In this document: one piece after another, positions 16,530 through 24,458 of the stretch
How the letters are laid out: each line of letters opens with the position of its first letter
How positions within the stretch are numbered: position 1 is the first letter of the stretch
The notes under the pieces: model-generated
Told to the model about the DNA's origin: nothing
The model's input: only the letters and a program-made list of their open reading frames with translations
Databases searched by the model: none
From: Leptospirales bacterium
Lineage (GTDB): Bacteria > Spirochaetota > Leptospiria > Turneriellales > JAOUFE01
DNA: 24,458 nt
Assembly (NCBI GenBank): GCA_040326155.1
Contig: JBEQLE010000065.1
Span: 1 to 24,458, forward strand
Direction of reading: 5' to 3'
Translations under genes and position numbers: made by a program

Positions 16530-17852
16530 TTGAAACAGAGTGAGAATAAAACAAAAAAGTTAACTTTTCCAAAAGAGTTATTTATATTTGTAACCCAAAA
16601 AGACAGGTTTACAACTGTCCATCTACTATTGGCTATTATAATATCAATATTTCTGGTAGAATCCTTTATTATGGGTATACTTTTATTGCTACCACCGTTG
16701 TCCTCTGTCATGTATGTCTTTATAGACTCTATTTTGCTGGTGACTTTCTTGTTTCCCGTTTTTTATTTTATACTTTTTCGACCAATGCAGTTACTTCTTC
16801 AAAAATATGCGGATAATAAAGAAGCGCGAAAAGAGAGTATGGAACAATCGCGCACATTAATGGAAACCGCAGGCGATGCCATTATCTGCCTCCAGGAAGG
16901 TGATATTATATATGAATGGAATAAAAAAGCGGAGCAGCTTTTTGGTTATACAATGAAAGAGGCAATAGGAAAACAGCTTCACCCGCTTATTGTTCCCGAA
17001 CGGTACAGAGAAAAAGCCGCTAAAGGAATGGAACAATTTTTTCGAACTGGTAAAGGCCATCTTCTTGGAAAAGTCGTTGAAATAAAAGCGTTACGACGAA
17101 ATGGCACCGAATTTGACGCTGAAATATCAATATCAGCTATGCGGGTAAATGGCATATGGAAAGCCGCAGGGATTATCAGGGACATCACCGAACGCAAACA
17201 AATGGAGTCAAATATTCGAAATTCTCTGGAAGAAAAAGAATTACTTTTAAAAGAGATACATCACCGAGTTAAAAATAACCTGCAAGTAATATCCAGCCTC
17301 ATTAGCCTTCAGTCGAGTCAAATTGAAAACAAATCTCCCGCTGAAGTACTTGATGAAAGTCAAAACCGAATTCGTGCCATGGCTTTTATCCATGAAAAGC
17401 TATACAAATCGAGTGATCTTGCTAAAATCAATTTCGGTGACTATGTACGCAGCCTCACTGAATATCTTATGTCGGCGTACCAGATAAGTACGGAAAAAAT
17501 AACGGTAAAAATTGATATCGCTGATGTCGCCCTTGATATTGCTTTCGCCATACCCTGTGGTCTGATTTTAAATGAATTAATTTCAAATGCTTTTAAACAT
17601 GCCTTTCCCGGAGATCGCAACGGCGAAATTACCATTATGCTGGTACGCCAGGAACATGGGCTTCATTTGCTTACGTTTAAAGATAATGGAATTGGCTTGC
17701 CTTCGAAAGTCAAACTTGACAAAAGTGATTCTCTTGGTTTGCAAATTATTGATAGTCTGGTAAAACAAATTGGCGGTACAATTCAAGTGAAAAAAGAAAA
17801 AGGATCTTCCTTTGAAATTAAGTTCAAAAAAGAGGAAAACAAAGATGGGTGA
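16530..17852 (+). CDS. Membrane PAS-domain sensor histidine kinase, HisKA_2 type
   Basis: Two TM segments, a PAS/PAC domain, LLKEIHHRVKNNLQ H-box, ELISNAFKHAF N-box, DNGIG and SLGLQ. The TTG start is uncertain. Confidence 0.92.
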   Translation: MKQSENKTKKLTFPKELFIFVTQKDRFTTVHLLLAIIISIFLVESFIMGILLLLPPLSSVMYVFIDSILLVTFLFPVFYFILFRPMQLLLQKYADNKEARKESMEQSRTLMETAGDAIICLQEGDIIYEWNKKAEQLFGYTMKEAIGKQLHPLIVPERYREKAAKGMEQFFRTGKGHLLGKVVEIKALRRNGTEFDAEISISAMRVNGIWKAAGIIRDITERKQMESNIRNSLEEKELLLKEIHHRVKNNLQVISSLISLQSSQIENKSPAEVLDESQNRIRAMAFIHEKLYKSSDLAKINFGDYVRSLTEYLMSAYQISTEKITVKIDIADVALDIAFAIPCGLILNELISNAFKHAFPGDRNGEITIMLVRQEHGLHLLTFKDNGIGLPSKVKLDKSDSLGLQIIDSLVKQIGGTIQVKKEKGSSFEIKFKKEENKDG

Positions 17853-20466
17853 GCCAAACAATTCGAAAAAAGTTATAATGGTCGTTGAAGATGAGCAAAT
17901 TGTAGCGCTTCATATTCGGAAAAATTTAGAAGCACAAGGGTATCTGGTTCACCATGTCGCATCTACCGGGGAAGAAGCAGTAGAAACAGCTTTAGAAACC
18001 CATCCCGATCTTATTTTAATGGATATAAGACTTATAGGAGAAATGGATGGTATTGAAGCGGCGACAAAAATCAGGGAGAGCCTGGATATACCCATTATAT
18101 ACCTGAGTGCTTATACGGATGAAAAAACACTAATTCGAGCAAAACAAACCGCCGCTTATGGGTATCTTATTAAACCCTTTGTGGAAAGGGAGCTTTATTC
18201 ATCTGTCGAGATTGCTTTCTCAAAACACCAAATGGAGCAAAAAGTCAAGCAAAGTGAGACCTCTCATCGGACGCTTGCGCAAAACCTGCCCGGCATTGTT
18301 TATAGAGTAATGCTGCGAGAAAATAACAAAATGATATTTTTTAACGATATGCTTAAAGAGATAACGGGTTATGACGAAGAAATGCTTCATAAAGATAATA
18401 TATTTAACATTGAGCCATTGATTTTCAAAGAAGATTTTGCTACGGCGAAAACGAAAATGGAAAAAGCCATTCAAACAAACAGACCTTATGAGCTTGAATA
18501 TCGAATTCGACATGCAAATGGTAGTATAAAATACGTTTCTGAACGTGGCAGGCCCGCTTATGGACCGGACAAAAAACCCATGTGCCTGGACGGAATGATT
18601 TTCGATATCACGGAACAAAAAAAAAATGAGGCCGATATTGTATCGGTACGCGCCCAACTCGAACACCTTATGGTGTTTGTTCCCGTAGTGGTGTATAGTT
18701 GCAAAATCGAAAAAGAGTTCTTTATTCCAACTTTTATTAACAGTAACATAATTAACATCCTGGGATTCCAACCTGAAGATGTGATCGGTAATCCAGATTG
18801 GTGGTCTGGCCAAATTCATACTGGAGACCGAGAAAGAGTTTTACAGCAATTGGAAACAGGGATGAAAGAAGGAGACTTCTATGAGCATGAATACCGTTTT
18901 CGTAAAAGTGATGATACTTTTCTCTGGATACATGATAAGCTAAACATTCTACGTGATGAAGCGGGTAACGCGACGGAAATTGTCGGTTCATGGAGTGATA
19001 TTACAAAACGAAAAAATGCGGAGCAAGAGGTACGCTACCTGAGCGAGATTACAGATAATATGTCAGAAGGAGTCATGTTGGCGCACCAGGAAGATCTGGT
19101 TATTACCTATGCGAATAAAAAGTTTGAAAAAATGTTTGGTTACAAAACCGGAGAATTAGTCGGAAAAAACATTACCGTGCTCAATGCACTGAGTGAAAAA
19201 ACATCAGAAGAAACAATAGAAACTGTAAATGATGTCGTCCGGTCTTTACAGGAAAAGGGGGGCTGGAAAGGTGAGGTCAAGAATATAACAAAAGATGGTG
19301 AACTTTTCTGGTCTGAAGCGAGCGTCACTCCTTTCAAACATGATAAATACGGGACCATCTGGATTACCGTGCAAAGAGACATTACACATAAAAAACAGCT
19401 GGAAGATAAAATTATCCACAATTTGAAAGCGCTCTCCAGAAGTAATGAGTTCTGGATCGAAACATTCGATACAATATCCGATCCGCTTTTTATTCATAAC
19501 AAGCAGTTTGAAATTGTCAAGGCAAATCGGGCTTACCGTGATGTCGCGGGACTATCATTTAAACAAATTGTTGGTAAAAAATACTGGGAAGTATTTCCGA
19601 TTTTGGATGGTCCTTCCATCGGTTGCCAACATGTCGTTAATACAGACCAAAGCGATGAGGAAGAGATAAAAGATGATTCATCGGGCAGCGTGTTCCGGGT
19701 TCGATATTATCCAATAGAAGAACCGGAGAAAAAAGACCCATCTTACCTACATATTCTCGAAGATGTTACGGAGTTAAAAAATACGCAAGAGATGCTTGTA
19801 CAATCGGCCAAACTGGCCTCCCTTGGGGAGTTGGCTGCCAATGTAGCGCATGAAATCAATAATCCTATGACCGCGATACTCGGGTTTGTCTCTTACGTTA
19901 CCGGAGAAATTGGAAAAGAGTCACCTTATTATGAAGACTTGAAGGCGGTGGAGGGAGAATCCCTGCGAGTAAGGGAAATTGTACGTAATCTACTTGATTT
20001 TGCAAAACCGAAAAAGTTGACTAAAGCAGTTTCGGATATAAACGAGACACTTTCCGAATCACTCCATCTGATAAAACATATGGCGGAACTTTCACAAATT
20101 AAAATAGTAACAAGACTGAGCGAAAATTTGCCGCAGGTAAAGTTTGACGTGAACCAGATTAAACAGGTTTTTATAAACCTGGTATATAATGCCTGCCAGG
20201 CAATGGATGGCGGCGGTACGTTGCAAATTAATACAGGTACTCAAAAAGATTTTATTCTTATATCGTTTAAAGATACTGGAGTTGGAATAGCCAGTGCAGA
20301 TATACCAAATATTTTCGATCCATTTTTCACAACAAAAGATAAAAAAGGAACAGGGCTGGGTTTATCGATTAGTTATGCAATTATAGAAAATCACAAAGGT
20401 GAAATAAGCGTCACAAGTACGGTGGGAAAAGGAAGTGAATTTGTCGTTAAGCTGCCTTATAAGTAA
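17845..20466 (+). CDS. Hybrid REC-4xPAS-histidine kinase (NtrB-like transmitter)
   Basis: REC domain (VVEDE, LMDI, KPF), four PAS/PAC repeats, AHEINNP H-box, N-box NACQAM, DTGVG and GTGLGL. ATG 17845 follows GAGGA and overlaps the upstream stop. Confidence 0.93.
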   Translation: MGEPNNSKKVIMVVEDEQIVALHIRKNLEAQGYLVHHVASTGEEAVETALETHPDLILMDIRLIGEMDGIEAATKIRESLDIPIIYLSAYTDEKTLIRAKQTAAYGYLIKPFVERELYSSVEIAFSKHQMEQKVKQSETSHRTLAQNLPGIVYRVMLRENNKMIFFNDMLKEITGYDEEMLHKDNIFNIEPLIFKEDFATAKTKMEKAIQTNRPYELEYRIRHANGSIKYVSERGRPAYGPDKKPMCLDGMIFDITEQKKNEADIVSVRAQLEHLMVFVPVVVYSCKIEKEFFIPTFINSNIINILGFQPEDVIGNPDWWSGQIHTGDRERVLQQLETGMKEGDFYEHEYRFRKSDDTFLWIHDKLNILRDEAGNATEIVGSWSDITKRKNAEQEVRYLSEITDNMSEGVMLAHQEDLVITYANKKFEKMFGYKTGELVGKNITVLNALSEKTSEETIETVNDVVRSLQEKGGWKGEVKNITKDGELFWSEASVTPFKHDKYGTIWITVQRDITHKKQLEDKIIHNLKALSRSNEFWIETFDTISDPLFIHNKQFEIVKANRAYRDVAGLSFKQIVGKKYWEVFPILDGPSIGCQHVVNTDQSDEEEIKDDSSGSVFRVRYYPIEEPEKKDPSYLHILEDVTELKNTQEMLVQSAKLASLGELAANVAHEINNPMTAILGFVSYVTGEIGKESPYYEDLKAVEGESLRVREIVRNLLDFAKPKKLTKAVSDINETLSESLHLIKHMAELSQIKIVTRLSENLPQVKFDVNQIKQVFINLVYNACQAMDGGGTLQINTGTQKDFILISFKDTGVGIASADIPNIFDPFFTTKDKKGTGLGLSISYAIIENHKGEISVTSTVGKGSEFVVKLPYK

Positions 20467-20537
20467 TATACTGGTAGTATATAATTCTATCCCAATAAGG
20501 GATCTCTCGAATACGCAGTGAGTTTGAGTAAGGGGAC

Positions 20538-21983
20538 ATGGTGCGAAAAGAACAAATACTGGTAGTTGATGACGAAGTATTGACACTTCGGCTCGTCCAA
20601 AAAGTCTTAAAAAAACATAACCTGGATGTTTCCACCGCTGCAAATGCCGAAGAAGCTCTGGAGATCATTAAGAATAAAAATTTTAATCTGCTTTTAACTG
20701 ATGTACGGATGCCTGGTTTAAACGGTATAGAGTTATTACATCAATTCAAGCAGCATTCACCGGGCGCTGCTGCGGTAATTTTTTCGGGTCACGGGAACCT
20801 CGATATGGCGCTTGATGCAATTAACAAAGGAAGCGACGGTTTTCTCATGAAGCCTTTTACCACGGACGAGTTAATCAACACGGTGAATTCGGCCCTTGAC
20901 CGAGTCAGACTGTTGCGTGAAAACATCAGGCTAAAATCGATTGTGCCGCTCTTTGAAGTCAGTAAAAAACTTGTAACTAAACTAAAAACCGATGAACTAT
21001 TAGACTATCTTGTAAGTGTAGCCGGGGATGAAACAGGTTCAGACTCAGTATCAATAATGCTGAAAAAAGATGAAAAGTCTCTTGAAATAAGCGCCGTCAG
21101 GGGAATAGGTGAACACTATAAAGGTAAAACTTTCAAAATCGGGGAAGGGTTTGCAGGCATGGTCGCTCAAAATGGAAAACCCCTGCTATTAAACGATGCA
21201 GACAAGGATGAAAATTTAAATGTTTCGATGAAGCGTGATAACATCTCCTCGGCAATTATAATTCCAATACAAATTGACCATGATATCAAAGGTGTTATAA
21301 ACGTAACAAAATTAAAAGGTAACTCCCCTGCATTCACAGAGGGGGACGCCGACTTTATGACTATTCTAGCCGGTCAAGCCGCCGTAGCTCTGGAAAACGT
21401 AAAACTGGTCGAGGGCTTAAACGATTTATTTATATCCACGATTCGTGTGTTATCGAATACAATTGATATGAAGTCAAAATGGACTTCGGGGCATTCCGAT
21501 AGAGTCACGCAATTTGCCCTTAAATTAGCCAGTGAACTTAACCTCGAAAACGGGCAGATTAAAAACCTGGAACTTGCCTGCCTGCTGCACGATATCGGTA
21601 AAATTGGCACTTTTGAGTATGTTCTTGATAAACCGGGTAAATTGACCGCCAAAGAGTTTGAAATGGTAAAAAATCACTCCGTCGCAGGTTTTGAATTGCT
21701 CATACCGATAAAACAACTCAAGGGAATCACCAAAATTATACGACACCACCACGAACGGTTTGACGGTGACGGGTATCCGGACGGACTGAAAGGCACTAAT
21801 ATTCCTTTTCTTTCCCGTATTATCGCCGTTGCCGATTCATACGACGCGATGAAATCAGATCGACCTTATAAACACGGAAAAGATATAAAATTTATTATGA
21901 AGGAATTAAAACAATGCTCAGGCTCCCAGTTTGATCCCGAGGTTGTCTCAGCATGTATCAAGATTCTTGAAAAAGAGAAGTAA
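20538..21983 (+). CDS. REC-GAF-HD-GYP response regulator, putative cyclic dinucleotide phosphodiesterase
   Basis: REC domain (VVDDE, TDVRMP, KPF), GAF domain, GHSDRV, LHDIGKIG, HHERFDGDGYP, ADSYDAMKSDRPY. AAGGGG Shine-Dalgarno. Confidence 0.94.
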   Translation: MVRKEQILVVDDEVLTLRLVQKVLKKHNLDVSTAANAEEALEIIKNKNFNLLLTDVRMPGLNGIELLHQFKQHSPGAAAVIFSGHGNLDMALDAINKGSDGFLMKPFTTDELINTVNSALDRVRLLRENIRLKSIVPLFEVSKKLVTKLKTDELLDYLVSVAGDETGSDSVSIMLKKDEKSLEISAVRGIGEHYKGKTFKIGEGFAGMVAQNGKPLLLNDADKDENLNVSMKRDNISSAIIIPIQIDHDIKGVINVTKLKGNSPAFTEGDADFMTILAGQAAVALENVKLVEGLNDLFISTIRVLSNTIDMKSKWTSGHSDRVTQFALKLASELNLENGQIKNLELACLLHDIGKIGTFEYVLDKPGKLTAKEFEMVKNHSVAGFELLIPIKQLKGITKIIRHHHERFDGDGYPDGLKGTNIPFLSRIIAVADSYDAMKSDRPYKHGKDIKFIMKELKQCSGSQFDPEVVSACIKILEKEK

Positions 21984-22005
21984 AGATCAGCCGGGCTTTT
22001 CCATT

Positions 22006-22866
22006 TTAAAAACAGCTGAACCTGTAACTGTCGTCCAGATCGATGTCAAGAATGAGAGTGCGAATTCCCTGAGCGTTTGAGTCATTACACATGCTGGTTC
22101 GGGCGGCACCATTTGTTTTATACAAAGAACGGTACTCTGCATTTAAAACGGGTTTATTGGCATCGAGCATCGGTTGGTAGGAAGCGCATTCCGAGTATTC
22201 ATTGCATTGTTCAGAAATGGAAAAATCGTAATAATCTACCAGAGAGCTCATTTGATCGGGGTCATTTTTTAAGGCGACGGCCAGGTTTCGGTTATGCGCC
22301 GCATTTGCAAGATTTCTGTTATATGCGATCATCTCCGATGCAGAAATATTGAAACAACTATCCTGCGTGTGTACATCGACGTTATCGGGTTCAACCCCGT
22401 CGCAACCTTTTTGCACGGCCAAATCAAGCCGCGCTTTCATTATGTTAAATACATTTTTCGAGCGAATGTCCAGCCACTTTTCTCCGTCCCATCCATCTAA
22501 AGGGTTTCCAAGGTCAGTTTTGTCAAAGTCGCTTTTATCAGATCTCCAGTTTTCATAGCTGCCGGCAGAAAAATAACAGATGACTTTTTTGCCGGCTCCC
22601 TGCAAGGCGGCAATTTCACCTGATGTTGTGTCAAACAAATCGATGTCGTAAATTTCGACGGCGTAAGCAGTGTTTACAGTCCCCGAAAGTTGCCACTGCC
22701 ATGTAACCGTTTTTGCAGGCTTATACCAACCACCGCCCGTTACCGCCGAAACATTTTTTGAATAATTCGCCGATGCAGATTTGCCGTCCGGACAGGAACC
22801 ATTGTTTTTACACGCCACCGATAAAAACCCAAATAGTAAAAATACAGTTGTTAAATAATATTTCAT
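22006..22866 (-). CDS. GH114 endo-alpha-1,4-polygalactosaminidase-like lipoprotein
   Basis: Lipobox LSVAC and motifs WQWQL, YDIDLFD, VICYFSAGSYENWR, GCDGVEPDNVD, LKND, EQC and NAEY. Start is 22866 or 22878. Confidence 0.88.
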   Translation of the reverse strand: MKYYLTTVFLLFGFLSVACKNNGSCPDGKSASANYSKNVSAVTGGGWYKPAKTVTWQWQLSGTVNTAYAVEIYDIDLFDTTSGEIAALQGAGKKVICYFSAGSYENWRSDKSDFDKTDLGNPLDGWDGEKWLDIRSKNVFNIMKARLDLAVQKGCDGVEPDNVDVHTQDSCFNISASEMIAYNRNLANAAHNRNLAVALKNDPDQMSSLVDYYDFSISEQCNEYSECASYQPMLDANKPVLNAEYRSLYKTNGAARTSMCNDSNAQGIRTLILDIDLDDSYRFSCF

Positions 22867-22988
22867 ATTTATTCTCATAGTATATAATAATTTAAAATGC
22901 CCTACATTTCCAGATTTTTTCCGATGAATGCTACTGCCTGGAACTGATAAAATATTTCGCTTTATGAACCATGAAATAGAAAAAATAA

Positions 22989-23026
22989 TTGACGATATAT
23001 CTTACAGATGTATATCTTGTAGATAT
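22989..23026 (+). promoter_or_regulatory. padR promoter with two tandem 15-bp palindromic boxes
   Basis: TTGACG (22989-22994), 18 nt, TATCTT (23013-23018). Boxes ATATCT-tac-AGATGT (22997-23011) and ATATCT-tgt-AGATAT (23012-23026). Confidence 0.65.
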
Positions 23027-23606
23027 GTCAAAAGAAAGTAAAACACCTTTTGTAATGCTCGGCCTTCTCGTCGACGGTTCGAAGTCCGGTTATGATCTAA
23101 AGAAAATTATTGAAAAATCTATAGGCTATTTTTGGCAGGAAAGTTACGGGCAAATATACCCCGTACTGAAAAAACTACATCAAAATAATTATGTAACTAA
23201 AAAAACATTAAAGCAAAACAATAAGCCCGATAAAAATATGTACTCCATTACTGCTTCCGGGAAAACACATCTCGAATTATGGCTTTCGTCCCCTATGCAG
23301 GTATCGCCAGAACGCAATGAACTTCTGCTGAGAACATTTTTTGGTCCCAATACAGATATTCAAATTACCGTTCAAATGTTGGAAAACCACTTAAAAGAGA
23401 GTATAAAAATGAAGTCGATATTCCTGGAGATTAAGTCCATAGTTAAAAGCAATTGTGTTATAGACTCAGGTTCCATTGAAAATAGCACATTTTCTATGAT
23501 AACTTTGGAATATGGAATTATGAACTTAGATATGCAAATAAAATGGGCAAAAAGTTCCATTAAGACACTTGAAGAATATGCTACAAAAAAAAGGAGTAGA
23601 AAATGA
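23025..23606 (+). CDS. PadR-family transcriptional regulator (long C-terminal helical domain)
   Basis: SGYDLKK, FWQESYGQIYPVLKKL, PDKNMYSITASGK..L..WL and RNELLLR.FF motifs. Start moved from 22989 to ATG 23025. Confidence 0.92.
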   Translation: MSKESKTPFVMLGLLVDGSKSGYDLKKIIEKSIGYFWQESYGQIYPVLKKLHQNNYVTKKTLKQNNKPDKNMYSITASGKTHLELWLSSPMQVSPERNELLLRTFFGPNTDIQITVQMLENHLKESIKMKSIFLEIKSIVKSNCVIDSGSIENSTFSMITLEYGIMNLDMQIKWAKSSIKTLEEYATKKRSRK

Positions 23607-24458
23607 AACATGCAGTATTGACAAAAATTGGCGGTCCTGAATCGCTGGAATTACAAGAGACAACAATACCTAAGCCATTAAAAGATGAGCTTTTAGTCAA
23701 GGTCGACCATGCCGGTGTTGCCTTTGCCGATGTAATGATGCGCCACGGTAAATACCCTTCTGCCCCCAAATTGCCATTCACCCCCGGTTACGACATTTGC
23801 GGAACAGTCGTAGAAACAGGCGACAATGTGTCAGATTTTAATGTAGGTGATAAAATTATTGCGCTAACGCAGTTTGGCGGTTATGCGCAATATGCTACAG
23901 TTCATCATGGTCGCGCCATTAAAGTTCCGGAACTCATTACAACATCTGAAGCTGTAGTCCTGGTTTTAAATTATATTTCCGCTTATCAAATGCTCACAAA
24001 ATACAAAAAACTTACTTCGGGCAACACTGTTCTAATTCACTCCGCCGCCGGTGGTGTTGGTACCGCAGCGTTGCAGATTGCCCGCACTATGGGTCTAAAA
24101 ACGTATGGAACATGCTCTACCGGTAAAACCAAAATTGTAGAACAAAATGGGGGGATCGCTATTGATTATAAAACGGTAGATTTTGCGCAGCAAATGAGAA
24201 AATTAGAGCCCGATGGAGTAGACTTTATTCTTGACCCGATCGGTGGTAACCATTGGATACAATCTAAGTCGGTATTAAAACCAAAAGGAACATTGGTCGG
24301 ATTTGGTTTTTTCTCCATGTTTCAAAATGACAAAGTGATTGGCAGTATAATGGATATTGGAAAAATTATGATTCCCTTAATTTTGGGGTCGATGCTGCCC
24401 GGCGCGAAAAAATTTCATATGTACAGCATTAAACCAAACCAATATGGAAAAATACAAG
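23603..24458 (+). CDS. Medium-chain dehydrogenase/reductase (quinone-oxidoreductase-like), truncated by the window end
   Basis: Not in the ORF track. Manual translation gives MKHAVLTKIGGPESLELQE...AGVAFADVMMRHGKYP...PFTPGYDICG...GGYAQY...VLIHSAAGGVGTA. ATGA overlap with the padR stop. Confidence 0.92.
   Translation, partial: MKHAVLTKIGGPESLELQETTIPKPLKDELLVKVDHAGVAFADVMMRHGKYPSAPKLPFTPGYDICGTVVETGDNVSDFNVGDKIIALTQFGGYAQYATVHHGRAIKVPELITTSEAVVLVLNYISAYQMLTKYKKLTSGNTVLIHSAAGGVGTAALQIARTMGLKTYGTCSTGKTKIVEQNGGIAIDYKTVDFAQQMRKLEPDGVDFILDPIGGNHWIQSKSVLKPKGTLVGFGFFSMFQNDKVIGSIMDIGKIMIPLILGSMLPGAKKFHMYSIKPNQYGKIQ

Noticed and set aside
371..23781. Numerous short ORFs in the track that overlap the major genes (e.g. 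3343-3720, 4415-4813, 6554-7057, 15682-16104, 18220-18819)
   Set aside because: They are antisense or off-frame shadows of well-supported CDSs, with no motifs or ribosome-binding sites.
1..24458. CRISPR arrays, tRNA or rRNA genes
   Set aside because: No regularly spaced repeats or recognisable structural RNA sequences were seen, and the intergenic gaps are short.

Overview
AT-rich bacterial chromosomal window. A spirochete (Leptospirales-like) origin is plausible from the PlsX N-terminus and the membrane-anchored AraC regulator, but this is inference only. In order: (1) a minus-strand operon of an MMPL/RND transporter, a LolA-like periplasmic protein and an outer-membrane barrel, divergent from a 7TM-AraC regulator and a pentaheme c-type cytochrome lipoprotein; (2) a ~1.49 kb IS1595-family-derived element (7751-9236) with 23/24 bp terminal inverted repeats, carrying a transposase remnant and a two-gene passenger operon (66 aa + 188 aa) whose promoter is covered by nested palindromes; (3) bcp, a JAB-domain gene and a membrane protein gene, then a YqhA-family gene, a DUF2235 hydrolase, plsX and an S41 protease; (4) a three-gene phosphorelay ending in a REC-GAF-HD-GYP protein; (5) a GH114 lipoprotein; (6) padR and a medium-chain dehydrogenase/reductase cut off by the window end. 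The best novelty candidates are the TIR-bounded passenger operon (possible toxin-antitoxin or defence module) and the RND system, which has a ~160-aa acidic insertion, an EF-hand-like loop and a perfect 22-bp palindrome at its promoter. All family calls come from motif recognition by eye; no database searches were run.
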